64,000 nucleotides of DNA, from NCBI GenBank assembly GCA_040755855.1, contig JBFMAD010000018.1, forward strand, positions 17,777 through 81,776, read 5' to 3'. The stretch's first letter is position 1; each line of letters starts with the position of its first letter. Positions 8,037 through 18,563 of this stretch are shown piece after piece. A program made the position numbers and the translations under genes. This DNA comes from Planctomycetota bacterium (GTDB lineage: Bacteria > Planctomycetota > Brocadiia > JAADGH01). Under the pieces are notes generated by a model. The model was not told the DNA's origin, made no database searches, and worked only from the letters and a program-made list of their open reading frames with translations.

Positions 8037-9536
8037 ATGCTGCTCGGCGTGGACATCGGGACCTCCGCCATCAAGCCGGGCCTCCTCGACGAGAGCGGCC
8101 GCATCGTTGCGACCTGCTCCGTGCCCCATGCGGTCAAGGAACCCCACCCCGGCTGGGCCGAGATGGATCCCGACGCTTGGTGGGAGGGACTGAAGGAGGG
8201 CATCGGCGGCGCCTGTCGCGAGGCAGGCTGCACACCCGGCGACATCCAGGGGATCAGCTTCAGCACGCTCTATCCGGCCCTGGTCTGCGTCGCCGCATCG
8301 GGCAAGGCGCTCCGTCCCGCGATCCTCTACTGCGACCAGCGCGCCGTGAAGCAGTCCGATTGGCTCCGGCAGAATCTCGATCCGGAAAAGACCCTCCGCA
8401 TCACCGGCAACGGCACGCCCACCGGTACGTGTGTCTTGACGAGCATCCTGTGGGTCAAGGAGAACGAGCCGGACATCTTTGAGCGGACGCGGTGGCTGTG
8501 CCATCCGAACAGCCTCCTGGCTTATCGCCTGACGGGCGAGATGGCGATGGACTGGGTCGGCTCGTCGCTGAGCGGCCTGTTCGAGCTGAACGGCGGCTAC
8601 AGGTGGAGCAAATGGGTGTGCAAGGGGGCGGGCATCCCGATGGAAAAACTCCCGCCGCTGATGCCGCCATCGGGCAAGGTGGGGGAAGTGACCCGCGAGG
8701 CTGCAGAGCAGACCGGCCTGCGCGAGGGGACGCCTGTCGCCATCGGCGCGGGCGACACGGGGTGCTCCGTCTTTGGGGCGGGGCTGCTGGAACCGGGGCA
8801 GCTCTGCCTGACCTGCGGCACGACGGACAACATCGGCTTCATCGCCGACAGGCCGGAGTTCGACATCCGCTTCGCCAACTGCGCCCACATGGTCAAGGGC
8901 CGATGGGTCTTTATCGCCACGATGACCAATACCGGGGCGGCGCTGGAGTGGTTCAAGCGGAACTTCTTCGACGGCGCGTCGTACGATGAGATTTTCGCCG
9001 AGGCGGACAAGGTCCCGGCGGGTTCGGGCGGCCTGGTCTTCCTTCCCTATCTGCAGGGCGAGCGCAGTCCCATCTGGGACCCTTTCGCCCGAGGCGTCTT
9101 CTGCGGCCTCCGCCTGACGACGGGCAAGCGCGAGATGTTCCGCGCGGTGCTGGAGGGAGTGGCCTTTGCGATCCGCCAGAACTTGGAGATCATCGAGGGC
9201 ATCCAGGGCGCGCCGGTGGATGAGATGCTGACCATGGGCGGTGCGGCGCAGAACCGCATCTGGAACCAGATCAAGGCGAGCGTGACCGGCCGGCCCATCC
9301 GACCGTTGGATTTCGGGCAGACCGCGCTCCTCGGCGCGGCCATGCTCGGCGGCATCGCGGCTGGGATTTACAGGGACGCGCGCGACGCCATCGCCCGAAC
9401 GCGGACGTTCTCGGCGGACGACTTGGTCGCACCCCGCGCGGGCGATCGGCAGACCTATGATCGCTTGTTCAAGACTTACCTGAATCTATACGACGCCCTG
9501 AAGCCATCCTTCGCGGCGTTGGTCAAGAGACATTGA
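8037..9536 (+). CDS. FGGY-family carbohydrate kinase (xylulokinase-like)
   Basis: GVDIGTS, GAGD, FLPYLQGERSP, RAVLEGVA, GGAAQN. Confidence 0.9.
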   Translation: MLLGVDIGTSAIKPGLLDESGRIVATCSVPHAVKEPHPGWAEMDPDAWWEGLKEGIGGACREAGCTPGDIQGISFSTLYPALVCVAASGKALRPAILYCDQRAVKQSDWLRQNLDPEKTLRITGNGTPTGTCVLTSILWVKENEPDIFERTRWLCHPNSLLAYRLTGEMAMDWVGSSLSGLFELNGGYRWSKWVCKGAGIPMEKLPPLMPPSGKVGEVTREAAEQTGLREGTPVAIGAGDTGCSVFGAGLLEPGQLCLTCGTTDNIGFIADRPEFDIRFANCAHMVKGRWVFIATMTNTGAALEWFKRNFFDGASYDEIFAEADKVPAGSGGLVFLPYLQGERSPIWDPFARGVFCGLRLTTGKREMFRAVLEGVAFAIRQNLEIIEGIQGAPVDEMLTMGGAAQNRIWNQIKASVTGRPIRPLDFGQTALLGAAMLGGIAAGIYRDARDAIARTRTFSADDLVAPRAGDRQTYDRLFKTYLNLYDALKPSFAALVKRH

Positions 9537-9548
9537 GAGGAGGAGATT

Positions 9549-9710
9549 ATGGCTCGACGCAAAGACAGGCGGACTTCCCCCTTGGTTCCGGAACGGCCTC
9601 CCGCCTCGCCGCTCGACGTTCCCACGATCAAGGCGGATGTCTCCACCCAAGAGATCGTGGACATTATCCGAGAAGGCAGAGAGAGGGGCCGCCCCCGGCG
9701 ATCTTCCTGA
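9549..9710 (+). pseudogene. Short ORF resembling the C-terminal half of a Phd/YefM-type antitoxin (orphan)
   Basis: 53 aa, MARRKDRR...SPLDVPTIKADVSTQEIVDIIREGRER. Strong GAGGAGGAG RBS, N-terminal DNA-binding part absent, no adjacent toxin. Confidence 0.5.
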
Positions 9711-9731
9711 CCCGGATATGCCGCCAACGCC

Positions 9732-10481
9732 GTGGCTCCCCAATCCAAAATCCAAAATCCAAAATCCAAAATCGGCGCAGACACGCTGCTAAGCAAGCAG
9801 CCGCCGCTCATCCGCTGGATGTTCTCGTCCATCGCGGGCCGATATGATTTTCTCAACCACCTCCTCAGTTTCGGTCTAGATCTGTGGTGGCGGGCAAAGA
9901 CGGTGCAATGGAGCGGGGCCGGGCAAGGGGATCGCATCCTCGACCTGTGCTGCGGCACGGGCGACCTGGCGCTTGCGTTCCGTCGGAGGGGGAGAGGCGG
10001 GGAGGTCGTGGGCGCGGACTTCGCCCGGCCCATGCTTGCGCTCGCCCGGCGAAAGGGCGGGAGCGGCGCGGCCCGATGGGTCCAGGCCGATGCGCTGATG
10101 CTGCCCTTTCGCGACGAGTCCTTCGACGTGACGGCGGTCGCCTTTGGCGTCCGCAACTTCGGCAGTCTCCCGCGCGGCCTGGCCGAGATCTGTCGGGTCG
10201 TTCGGCGAGGGGGAAAGGTGGTCGTGCTGGAATTCTCTCGTCCCTCTCTGCCGGTGTTCAGGGGGCTGTATGGGATGTATATCGGCCGCATCCTGCCGCG
10301 CATCGCCGGCGTTTTCTTTCGAGGCCGGATCGGGGCGTACGAGTATCTCCCCCGCTCCATCGTTGGATTTGTGGACGCGGAGGAGCTGGCAGAGGCGATG
10401 CGGAGGGCCGGCCTGGCGGGTGTTGTCGTTCATCGTTTGACTCTTGGGATTGTCAGCGTTTGCACCGGGATAAAAACCTAA
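9732..10481 (+). CDS. menG: UbiE/MenG ubiquinone/menaquinone C-methyltransferase (start uncertain)
   Basis: MFSSIAGRYDFLNHLLSFG, ILDLCCGTGD, VAFGVRN, VLEFS, YEYLPRSI. Confidence 0.85.
   Translation: MAPQSKIQNPKSKIGADTLLSKQPPLIRWMFSSIAGRYDFLNHLLSFGLDLWWRAKTVQWSGAGQGDRILDLCCGTGDLALAFRRRGRGGEVVGADFARPMLALARRKGGSGAARWVQADALMLPFRDESFDVTAVAFGVRNFGSLPRGLAEICRVVRRGGKVVVLEFSRPSLPVFRGLYGMYIGRILPRIAGVFFRGRIGAYEYLPRSIVGFVDAEELAEAMRRAGLAGVVVHRLTLGIVSVCTGIKT
9742..9773. repeat. Heptamer tandem repeat (AATCCAA)x4.5
   Basis: AATCCAAAATCCAAAATCCAAAATCCAAAATC, translated in frame as QSKIQNPKSKI. Confidence 0.9.
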
Positions 10482-10503
10482 CGCGGGCGATGCTCGCAAC
10501 CCA

Positions 10504-10674
10504 AGGGCAAAATTCAAGTTGGGCACATTTTATTGAATCGCCCGGCCTTGCGGGCGATTCGATAAATCTTCGTCTTCGTCGAAGCACTATGCGGGCCGCC
10601 GGGGAAAGATAGCAAGAAAACAAAGCCCCAGGGCTGGCTTTGTTTTCTTATGTGCCCAACTTGAATTTTGCCCT
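10504..10674. mobile_element. MITE-like element, 171 bp, perfect 25-bp terminal inverted repeats
   Basis: AGGGCAAAATTCAAGTTGGGCACAT (10504-10528) and ATGTGCCCAACTTGAATTTTGCCCT (10650-10674). Internal hairpins at 10535-10543/10552-10560 and 10614-10627/10636-10649. Confidence 0.7.
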
Positions 10675-10732
10675 GAAAACATGCACGCAAATTGGCATGA
10701 GGTTACGGAATAAGGTTCTAAGGGAGATCCCG

Positions 10733-11791
10733 ATGAGCACACCGGATGTGGTTCCCCCTCGCGGCGAGCATTTGGTGAACCTGCCTGGCGCGGTCCAACT
10801 AAAGTCGGGGGAAAAGATGGTGGTCAAGCGGGTGGAGTGCCCGGCGGGGGACTACGCCGAGCCGTTGGCGAATTTCCTTGAACACAAGCGCGATACGACG
10901 TTCCGCGACTTCAAGCAACGGTTGCGGGGCGACTACGCCCGGGACAGCTTGGACCGTTTCTTCGTGGGCGAGATTGATGGCGAGATCGTCTCGCAGATGG
11001 GTTACATGCTGCCGCGCGAGGCGATGGACGTTGGCGTTTTCGGTCATGTCTATACCGCGCGCAAGCATCGCGGAAAGGGCGCGGCGTCAATTCTCATGCA
11101 ATACTGCATGGACGACTTCAACGCCGGCGAGGGGAAGGCGCTCTTCTGCGGCGTCGGCCAGGAGCACGCCCAGAGGCTCTATGCCCGGTATGGGTTTACT
11201 CCGCTTTTCGAGGAGCGCGCGCCGCTGGGGCCGCAGGGCTATATTCGCCCCAGGTTGGCGCGGGACTTCGAGGAACTCCAAAAGATATTCTTTGCCCCCG
11301 GCCAGCCTACGCGCATCCGCCCGGCGCACATGGGCGACCGCCCGAAGGTGGACAAGATTCTCCTGCAGTCCGACGGGGGGCGCGCCGAGATGGGCAGCCG
11401 ACACCGCTCAGCGCTCGCGGGCGTGTTCTCCGACTTCGTGACCATGTTTCAGGCAATGAAAGATAAGAGGGGGCCTCTGTTTATGCTGGAAACGGACGAG
11501 CGGCGCGTTGTCGGATATTCCTTCGCCTTTAGCGCCGGATCGTCCGTCGAGTGCGACGCGAAGTTCCTCGACTTCCTGGTTCACCCGAACTACTGCAAGC
11601 AAGAGGCCCGCCTGATTGCCGAGACGATCGAGCGCACGGAGGCGCGGTCCGTCCGCCTCCTCGTCCCCGCCAGTGATGAGCGGCGGCTGACTGTCGCGAG
11701 GGCCGCGGGCATGGACCGCGAGTGCGTGCTTTCGGGCTACTGCACCCTCGGCGGGAAACCGGTTGATCTGCACGTCCTGGTTTCTCGTTGA
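10733..11791 (+). CDS. GNAT family N-acetyltransferase, tandem GNAT-like domains
   Basis: HVYTARKHRGKGAA motif A, AQRLYARYGF, second degenerate domain FLVHPNY. Confidence 0.8.
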   Translation: MSTPDVVPPRGEHLVNLPGAVQLKSGEKMVVKRVECPAGDYAEPLANFLEHKRDTTFRDFKQRLRGDYARDSLDRFFVGEIDGEIVSQMGYMLPREAMDVGVFGHVYTARKHRGKGAASILMQYCMDDFNAGEGKALFCGVGQEHAQRLYARYGFTPLFEERAPLGPQGYIRPRLARDFEELQKIFFAPGQPTRIRPAHMGDRPKVDKILLQSDGGRAEMGSRHRSALAGVFSDFVTMFQAMKDKRGPLFMLETDERRVVGYSFAFSAGSSVECDAKFLDFLVHPNYCKQEARLIAETIERTEARSVRLLVPASDERRLTVARAAGMDRECVLSGYCTLGGKPVDLHVLVSR

Positions 11792-11815
11792 CTTGAGGCC
11801 ATAATCCGCTATAAT
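11788..11815 (+). promoter_or_regulatory. Sigma70-type promoter of the ArnT-like gene
   Basis: TTGACT-N16-TATAAT. Confidence 0.55.
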
Positions 11816-11863
11816 CGTGCATCCATTTAGCCTCTCCGTCCCATCTCGGCAGATTCACAGCAC

Positions 11864-13855
11864 ATGGCAGACAAGCGGCAAACCACTGGCGTTTATGTGG
11901 CGATCATTCTGATCGGCTTCCTCCTTACTATCCTCCCCAACATTGGCACGCGCGACCTGTGGGAGCCGGAGGAGCTGCGCTACGCTGAAATCACCCGCGA
12001 GATGATCCAGAGCGGCGACTGGGCCTTGCTGCGGATCAACGGCAAGCTGTACCCCGACAAGCCCCCTTTATTCTTCTGGCTCATCGGCGCGTCTATCAAG
12101 TGCTTTGGCCGGCTTCACGCCGTGACTGTGCGCGCGCCCAACATCACATCGGCCCTCTTGCTTCTGCTCGTGGTCTTCTTCTTCGGACGGAGACTGATCG
12201 GGGAACGCCCCGCCTTTCTCGGCTGCCTTGTCCTTATGTCCATGCCCTTCTTTGTCTGGACCTGCGCCGAGGCGCGGATGGATACGACGCTTACGCTCTT
12301 CATCGCCCTCGCCCTCTGGTGCTTCTGGCGCAACTACGAAACCGGCGGACGGAGCATCCTCCTCCATGTCGGATTCGGTCTCCTGACCGGCCTGGCTACG
12401 CTGACAAAGGGCCCCATCGGCTTCCTCATTCCCTTTCTCATCGCAACGGCCTTTGCCGTCAAGGAAAAACAGCCGAGAAAACTCCTGAATGCGACGTTCC
12501 TGCCCGCCGTCGCCGTTTGCCTGGCGGTGCTCCTTCCCTGGCTCGCCCTGGCATGCTACCGCGGCGGGGAGGAATTCACGCGCAACATCCTGTTCACGCA
12601 GAACATTGGGCGGGCCGTGCAGGGCATCCGCCACAGCAAGCCCTTCTATCATTTCTTCTGGGTTGTTCCGAGCATTCTCGCCCCCTGGACACTTCTCATT
12701 CCAGCCATGATCTTTCACCGTTCCTTCGCGGAGGAGCCGCAGCGCAGGCGCGGCCAGGTTTTTCTGCTCTGTTGGTTCCTTGCGGTGTTTATCTTCTTTA
12801 CGTTGAGCAAGGGCAAGCGCACTATCTATATGACCCCCCTTATCCCTGCCGCCGGCTTGATCTTCGGGGCGGCGCTGGATCGCTTCATCGAGAGGGAGGC
12901 TTCCGAGCGTCCCCAGCGCGGAATTCAATGGACATTGGGGACCATCGCCATCCTACTCCCGCTCGTTTGTCTGGTCGCGCCGGTGGCCGTCCATTTCGTC
13001 TACCCGGATTATCTGCATTGTGCGCTGGCCGTTCTGTGGGCAACTGCCATCGGTTCGGTTGCCGCCTGCGTCCTTTACTTTACGGGCAGACGAGTCCTAT
13101 GTCTTTTCGTTGTGGTAGGGACCATTGGGACTAGTTGGTTCCTGTCCTCGGTTATCATTCTGCCGGAGGTCAACCAGGAAAAATCGGCGAGGGTTATGCT
13201 CGCCCATGCGGCCCAGATTATTGACAAGGAGAAGGAACCTCTGGCCATGTATGAAAGCGAGCGCATGGGATACGCCGTTTATTGGGGAAAAGACATGCCC
13301 GTTCTGAAGACCCCCCAGGACCTTTTCGACTTCCTATCGGCGACCGGGCGTGTCTTCTGCATTGCCCATAGGCAACAATTCCCGGATAGCCCGATGTTCG
13401 TTGGAAACAAGGGGTACATCGTGTGGCAGGACACCTGCGGCTACCGCGAGCACATCCTCATCTCCAACCGGATCAAGCATGTTCCCATGGACAGTCTCCG
13501 GCTATTCCACAAGGGCCATCCCGACGCCCGGCTGTTTGAGACTCGACAGTTCACGATGCTCCTATCCGGGGCCGTGCCAACACCAGGAGAGGATGGCGTG
13601 GATATTCAATTGAAGTGCACGGGTGATAAAGTCCTTTTCCGATTCTTCCCTCCCGATGGCGATCATGTCATCGGCACAAAACTCCGGTTCAAGGGGTTCC
13701 ATGCCGACGAGGTGAAGCTCACTTCGTTTCCTCTAAGTACAGAGCTCTCGCCTGCGCAGTGGGAGGTCATCCCCCATAGCTCGCCTATGGTTGCCACCCT
13801 ATTCTTCCGGAAACCCTGCGGCGCACTTGTGAAGCGAAAAGAAGATGCCAAATAG
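11864..13855 (+). CDS. ArnT/PMT-family (GT-C) membrane glycosyltransferase
   Basis: EPEELRYAEITREM, YPDKPPLFFWL, LTKGPIG, multiple TM helices, soluble C-terminal extension. Confidence 0.9.
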   Translation: MADKRQTTGVYVAIILIGFLLTILPNIGTRDLWEPEELRYAEITREMIQSGDWALLRINGKLYPDKPPLFFWLIGASIKCFGRLHAVTVRAPNITSALLLLLVVFFFGRRLIGERPAFLGCLVLMSMPFFVWTCAEARMDTTLTLFIALALWCFWRNYETGGRSILLHVGFGLLTGLATLTKGPIGFLIPFLIATAFAVKEKQPRKLLNATFLPAVAVCLAVLLPWLALACYRGGEEFTRNILFTQNIGRAVQGIRHSKPFYHFFWVVPSILAPWTLLIPAMIFHRSFAEEPQRRRGQVFLLCWFLAVFIFFTLSKGKRTIYMTPLIPAAGLIFGAALDRFIEREASERPQRGIQWTLGTIAILLPLVCLVAPVAVHFVYPDYLHCALAVLWATAIGSVAACVLYFTGRRVLCLFVVVGTIGTSWFLSSVIILPEVNQEKSARVMLAHAAQIIDKEKEPLAMYESERMGYAVYWGKDMPVLKTPQDLFDFLSATGRVFCIAHRQQFPDSPMFVGNKGYIVWQDTCGYREHILISNRIKHVPMDSLRLFHKGHPDARLFETRQFTMLLSGAVPTPGEDGVDIQLKCTGDKVLFRFFPPDGDHVIGTKLRFKGFHADEVKLTSFPLSTELSPAQWEVIPHSSPMVATLFFRKPCGALVKRKEDAK

Positions 13856-13877
13856 GCCGGTGGGTGAAAGATCGTAC

Positions 13878-13934
13878 TGCCAGATTGACAGTCTGAGTCT
13901 AATCGGTTGCCCGTTTTCCCCTGCCATATTGGCA
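13878..13934. promoter_or_regulatory. Pair of TGCCA-N3-TG(G/A)CA palindromes, putative enhancer (UAS) sites
   Basis: TGCCAgatTGACA at 13878-13890 and cccTGCCAtatTGGCAggg with core at 13922-13934, 44 bp apart and 100-160 bp upstream of a sigma54-like site. Confidence 0.5.
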
Positions 13935-14034
13935 GGGGGAGTAGTACTTTGGAAATCGAATAAGCCCTATAGTCTGGATGTAAGCAATTGTTAAACAAGA
14001 TGTTACGCCTAATATATCTTCCCATATCCCTATG

Positions 14035-14050
14035 TGGCATATTGTTTGCG
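14035..14050 (+). promoter_or_regulatory. Sigma54 (-24/-12) promoter of the groEL-groES-groEL operon
   Basis: TGGCATATTGTTTGCG has GG and GC 12 nt apart, matching TGGCAC-N5-TTGCW. AT-rich IHF-like AAACAAGATGTTA at 13993-14005. Confidence 0.65.
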
Positions 14051-14146
14051 GACTGGCAACCTCTTGTATTACGTCAATTAGCGACGTGATCCTATTGCAC
14101 ACAAACTCTACCGTGATGAATTGACTCAGGAAAGGAGGAACACCGA

Positions 14147-15784
<1,638 letters not shown>

Positions 15785-15824
15785 GCCAAAAAACCATCTT
15801 TCTGACAGAGGAGGATAGATTGAG

Positions 15825-16112
15825 ATGAACATCAAACCATTGGACGACAGGGTAGTGATTGAACCTCTCGAGGCGGAAGAAAAGACCGAAGGCGGGATCG
15901 TGCTGCCGGACACGGCCAAGGAAAAACCGATCAAGGGCAAAGTCGTCGCCGTCGGTCCGGGGGCGATGTCGGATGACGGCAAACGGATCGAGATGTCCTT
16001 GAAGAAGGGCGACCTCGTGATTTTCGGCAAGTTCAGCGGCACGGAGTACAAGGTAAAGGGGAAAGAGTACCTCATCATGAAAGAGAGCGACGTGCTCGCC
16101 AAGGTGGAGTAG
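15825..16112 (+). CDS. groES: Co-chaperonin GroES
   Basis: [21 protein letters not shown]. Confidence 0.98.
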   Translation: MNIKPLDDRVVIEPLEAEEKTEGGIVLPDTAKEKPIKGKVVAVGPGAMSDDGKRIEMSLKKGDLVIFGKFSGTEYKVKGKEYLIMKESDVLAKVE

Positions 16113-16154
16113 GGGCTCCAACGATCCAAATGAAAATAAAGGAGAGGTAAGATC

Positions 16155-17783
16155 ATGGCTGCAAAGCAGTTGATGTATTCCGAGGAGGCCCGCAAGAAAC
16201 TCCAGCGCGGCGTCAAGCAGCTCGCCGATACCGTGCGGGTGACGATGGGTCCGACGGGCCGGCACGTCATCCTCGAAAAGAGCTACGGCGGGCCGAACGT
16301 GACGAAGGACGGCTCGGCGGTCTCCAAGGAGATCGAACTCGAAGACCCCTTTGAGAACATGGGCGCCAAGATGGTCAACGAGGTGGCCAAGAAGACAAAC
16401 GATATCGCCGGCGACGGCACCACCACAGCCGCCGTCCTGTCGGAGGCGATCTACAACGAAGGGGTGAAGTACGTCACCGCCGGCGCCAATCCCATGGCCG
16501 TCAAGCGCGGCATTGACGTGGCCGTCGAGGCCGTCGTGGACGCCCTGGGGAAGATGAGCAAGCCCGTAAAAGGCCACGAGGAGATCGCCCAGGTGGGCGC
16601 CATCTCGGCCAATAATGACAAGGAGATCGGCGAGACCCTTGCCAAGGCCATGGACAAGGTGGGCAAGGACGGCGTCATCACCGTGGAAGAAGGCAAGGGA
16701 CTGGAAACCACCCTCGAGTTCGTGGACGGCATGCAGTTCGACAAGGGCTTTCTGTCGCCCTACTTCCTGACGAATCCCAAGACGATGGAAGCGATCCTCG
16801 AGGACCCGCTCATCCTGATCCACGAGAAGAAGATCTCCGCCCTGAACGAGATCCTGCCCCTCCTGGAGAAGGTGGCGACCTCCGGCAAGCCCCTGCTCCT
16901 TATCGCGGAGGATGTGGAGGGCGAGGCCCTGGCCGCGCTGGTGGTCAACAAACTGCGCGGGATACTCAAGGTCTGCGCCGTCAAGGCCCCGGGCTTCGGC
17001 GACCGGCGCAAGGCCATGCTCGGCGACATTGCCGTCCTCACCGGCGGCAAGATGATCTCCGAGGACCTCGGCGTCAAGATCGAGAACGTCACCCTCGACG
17101 ACCTGGGCAAGGCCAAACGCGTAGCGGTGGATAAGGATGACACGACCATCATCCAGGGCGCCGGCAAGAAGGCCGACATCGAGGGACGCATCGCCCAGAT
17201 CAAGACCCAGATCGAGGCGACCACCTCGGACTACGACCGCGAGAAGCTCCAGGAGCGCCTGGCGAAGCTGTGCGGCGGCGTCGCCATTATCAACGTAGGT
17301 GCGGCCACCGAGACGGCCATGAAAGAGAAGAAGGCCCGCGTGGACGACGCGCTCAACGCGACCCGCGCCGCTGCCGAAGAGGGCATCGTCCCCGGCGGCG
17401 GGGTGGCCCTCCTTCGCTGCGAGAAGAAGCTGGATGCCGTCCACAGGAAGGCTGAGGGCGATGAAAAATTCGGCGTGGATGTCATCCGCCGATGCCTCGA
17501 AACCCCGATGCGGACGATCGCCAACAACGCCGGCAGCGACGGCGCAGTGATCGTGGCCGAGGTGCGAGAGAAAGAGAAGAACATCGGCTTTGATGCGACT
17601 ACGCGGGACTTCGTGGACATGTTCAAGGCCGGCATCCTCGATCCGACCAAAGTTACCCGAACGGCGCTCCAGAACGCGGCCAGCATCGCAAGCCTGATGC
17701 TTACCTGCGAGACCCTCGTCACCGAATACAAAGAGCCCGAGGAGGGAGAGGAAGCGAAAGAGATCGAGGGCGCCGTTCGCTGA
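16155..17783 (+). CDS. groEL: Chaperonin GroEL, paralog 2 (acidic tail)
   Basis: [31 protein letters not shown], ends [14 protein letters not shown]. Confidence 0.98.
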   Translation: MAAKQLMYSEEARKKLQRGVKQLADTVRVTMGPTGRHVILEKSYGGPNVTKDGSAVSKEIELEDPFENMGAKMVNEVAKKTNDIAGDGTTTAAVLSEAIYNEGVKYVTAGANPMAVKRGIDVAVEAVVDALGKMSKPVKGHEEIAQVGAISANNDKEIGETLAKAMDKVGKDGVITVEEGKGLETTLEFVDGMQFDKGFLSPYFLTNPKTMEAILEDPLILIHEKKISALNEILPLLEKVATSGKPLLLIAEDVEGEALAALVVNKLRGILKVCAVKAPGFGDRRKAMLGDIAVLTGGKMISEDLGVKIENVTLDDLGKAKRVAVDKDDTTIIQGAGKKADIEGRIAQIKTQIEATTSDYDREKLQERLAKLCGGVAIINVGAATETAMKEKKARVDDALNATRAAAEEGIVPGGGVALLRCEKKLDAVHRKAEGDEKFGVDVIRRCLETPMRTIANNAGSDGAVIVAEVREKEKNIGFDATTRDFVDMFKAGILDPTKVTRTALQNAASIASLMLTCETLVTEYKEPEEGEEAKEIEGAVR

Positions 17784-17812
17784 ATCGGAACGCGCATTAG
17801 CTATGATCCAGG

Positions 17813-17848
17813 AGCGAAAAGGCCGCGCAAGCGGTCTTTTCGCTTTTT
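17813..17848 (+). terminator. Intrinsic terminator after groEL2
   Basis: AGCGAAAAGGCCGC-GCAA-GCGGTCTTTTCGCT followed by a T tract. Confidence 0.8.
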
Positions 17849-17884
17849 GGAGGCCCGATACGGGGGAACCGAAGGTTGGTCCCT

Positions 17885-18457
17885 ATGAATCGAGATGAAT
17901 GTTACAGGGTGCTGGGGGTGTCGCGGAAGGCTTCACACTCCGAGATCAAACATGCCTTCCGGATGCTTGCGATGCAGTACAGCCCCGACCGACATCCGGG
18001 GGAAGAGGAAATAATTGCAAAGTACCGCCGGCTCGTCGAGGCCTACCGCACCCTAAGCGATCCGACCGAAATACACCGACGGGAGCAGGAGACCGCTGAA
18101 GAAAAGCCCAAAGTGCGAGGTTTCAAGAGCTTCAACGACATGTTCACGGCCTACCGCGAGGCCGACGACGTCCGGTGCGAGGTTCAACTGAAGCCGAGAG
18201 AGGCCCGGAATGGCTGCGTCCGATTGGTCCGGATCCACCGATTCCAGGTCTGCGCCGATTGCCGGGGGCGGGGCGGCGAATCTCCTTGCAGGCGGTGCGG
18301 CGGGGCTGGTAAGATGGAAGAAGAGGTTAATGCCAAGATTCAGATCCCGGCGGGCATCAAGGATGGCGCCCTGCTGCGCCTTGCCGGGGAGGGCGATCTC
18401 GAAGAGGAAGGCGGACGGCGGGCGGACGTCTACTGCCGAGTGAAGGTGGAGGGATAG
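17885..18457 (+). CDS. Short DnaJ-like protein (J-domain with SPD instead of HPD, two CxxCxGxG, partial CTD)
   Basis: YRVLGV...YSPDRH...EAYRTLSDP, CADCRGRG and CRRCGGAG, IPAGIKDG. Confidence 0.85.
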   Translation: MNRDECYRVLGVSRKASHSEIKHAFRMLAMQYSPDRHPGEEEIIAKYRRLVEAYRTLSDPTEIHRREQETAEEKPKVRGFKSFNDMFTAYREADDVRCEVQLKPREARNGCVRLVRIHRFQVCADCRGRGGESPCRRCGGAGKMEEEVNAKIQIPAGIKDGALLRLAGEGDLEEEGGRRADVYCRVKVEG

Positions 18458-18462
18458 AGGGG

Positions 18463-18543
18463 TGGAAGGCTGGAAGACTGGGAAAGAGGAACCTTAGTTC
18501 TTACCCTCCATTTTTCCAGCCTTCCATTCTTCCATCCTTCCAA
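18463..18543. repeat. Palindromic array of 8-bp units, TGGAAG(G/A)C and TTCCANNC
   Basis: TGGAAGGCTGGAAGACTGGGAAA ... TTCCAGCCTTCCATTCTTCCATCCTTCCAA. Confidence 0.75.
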
Positions 18544-18563
18544 TTCTTCTTTTATAATTGACC

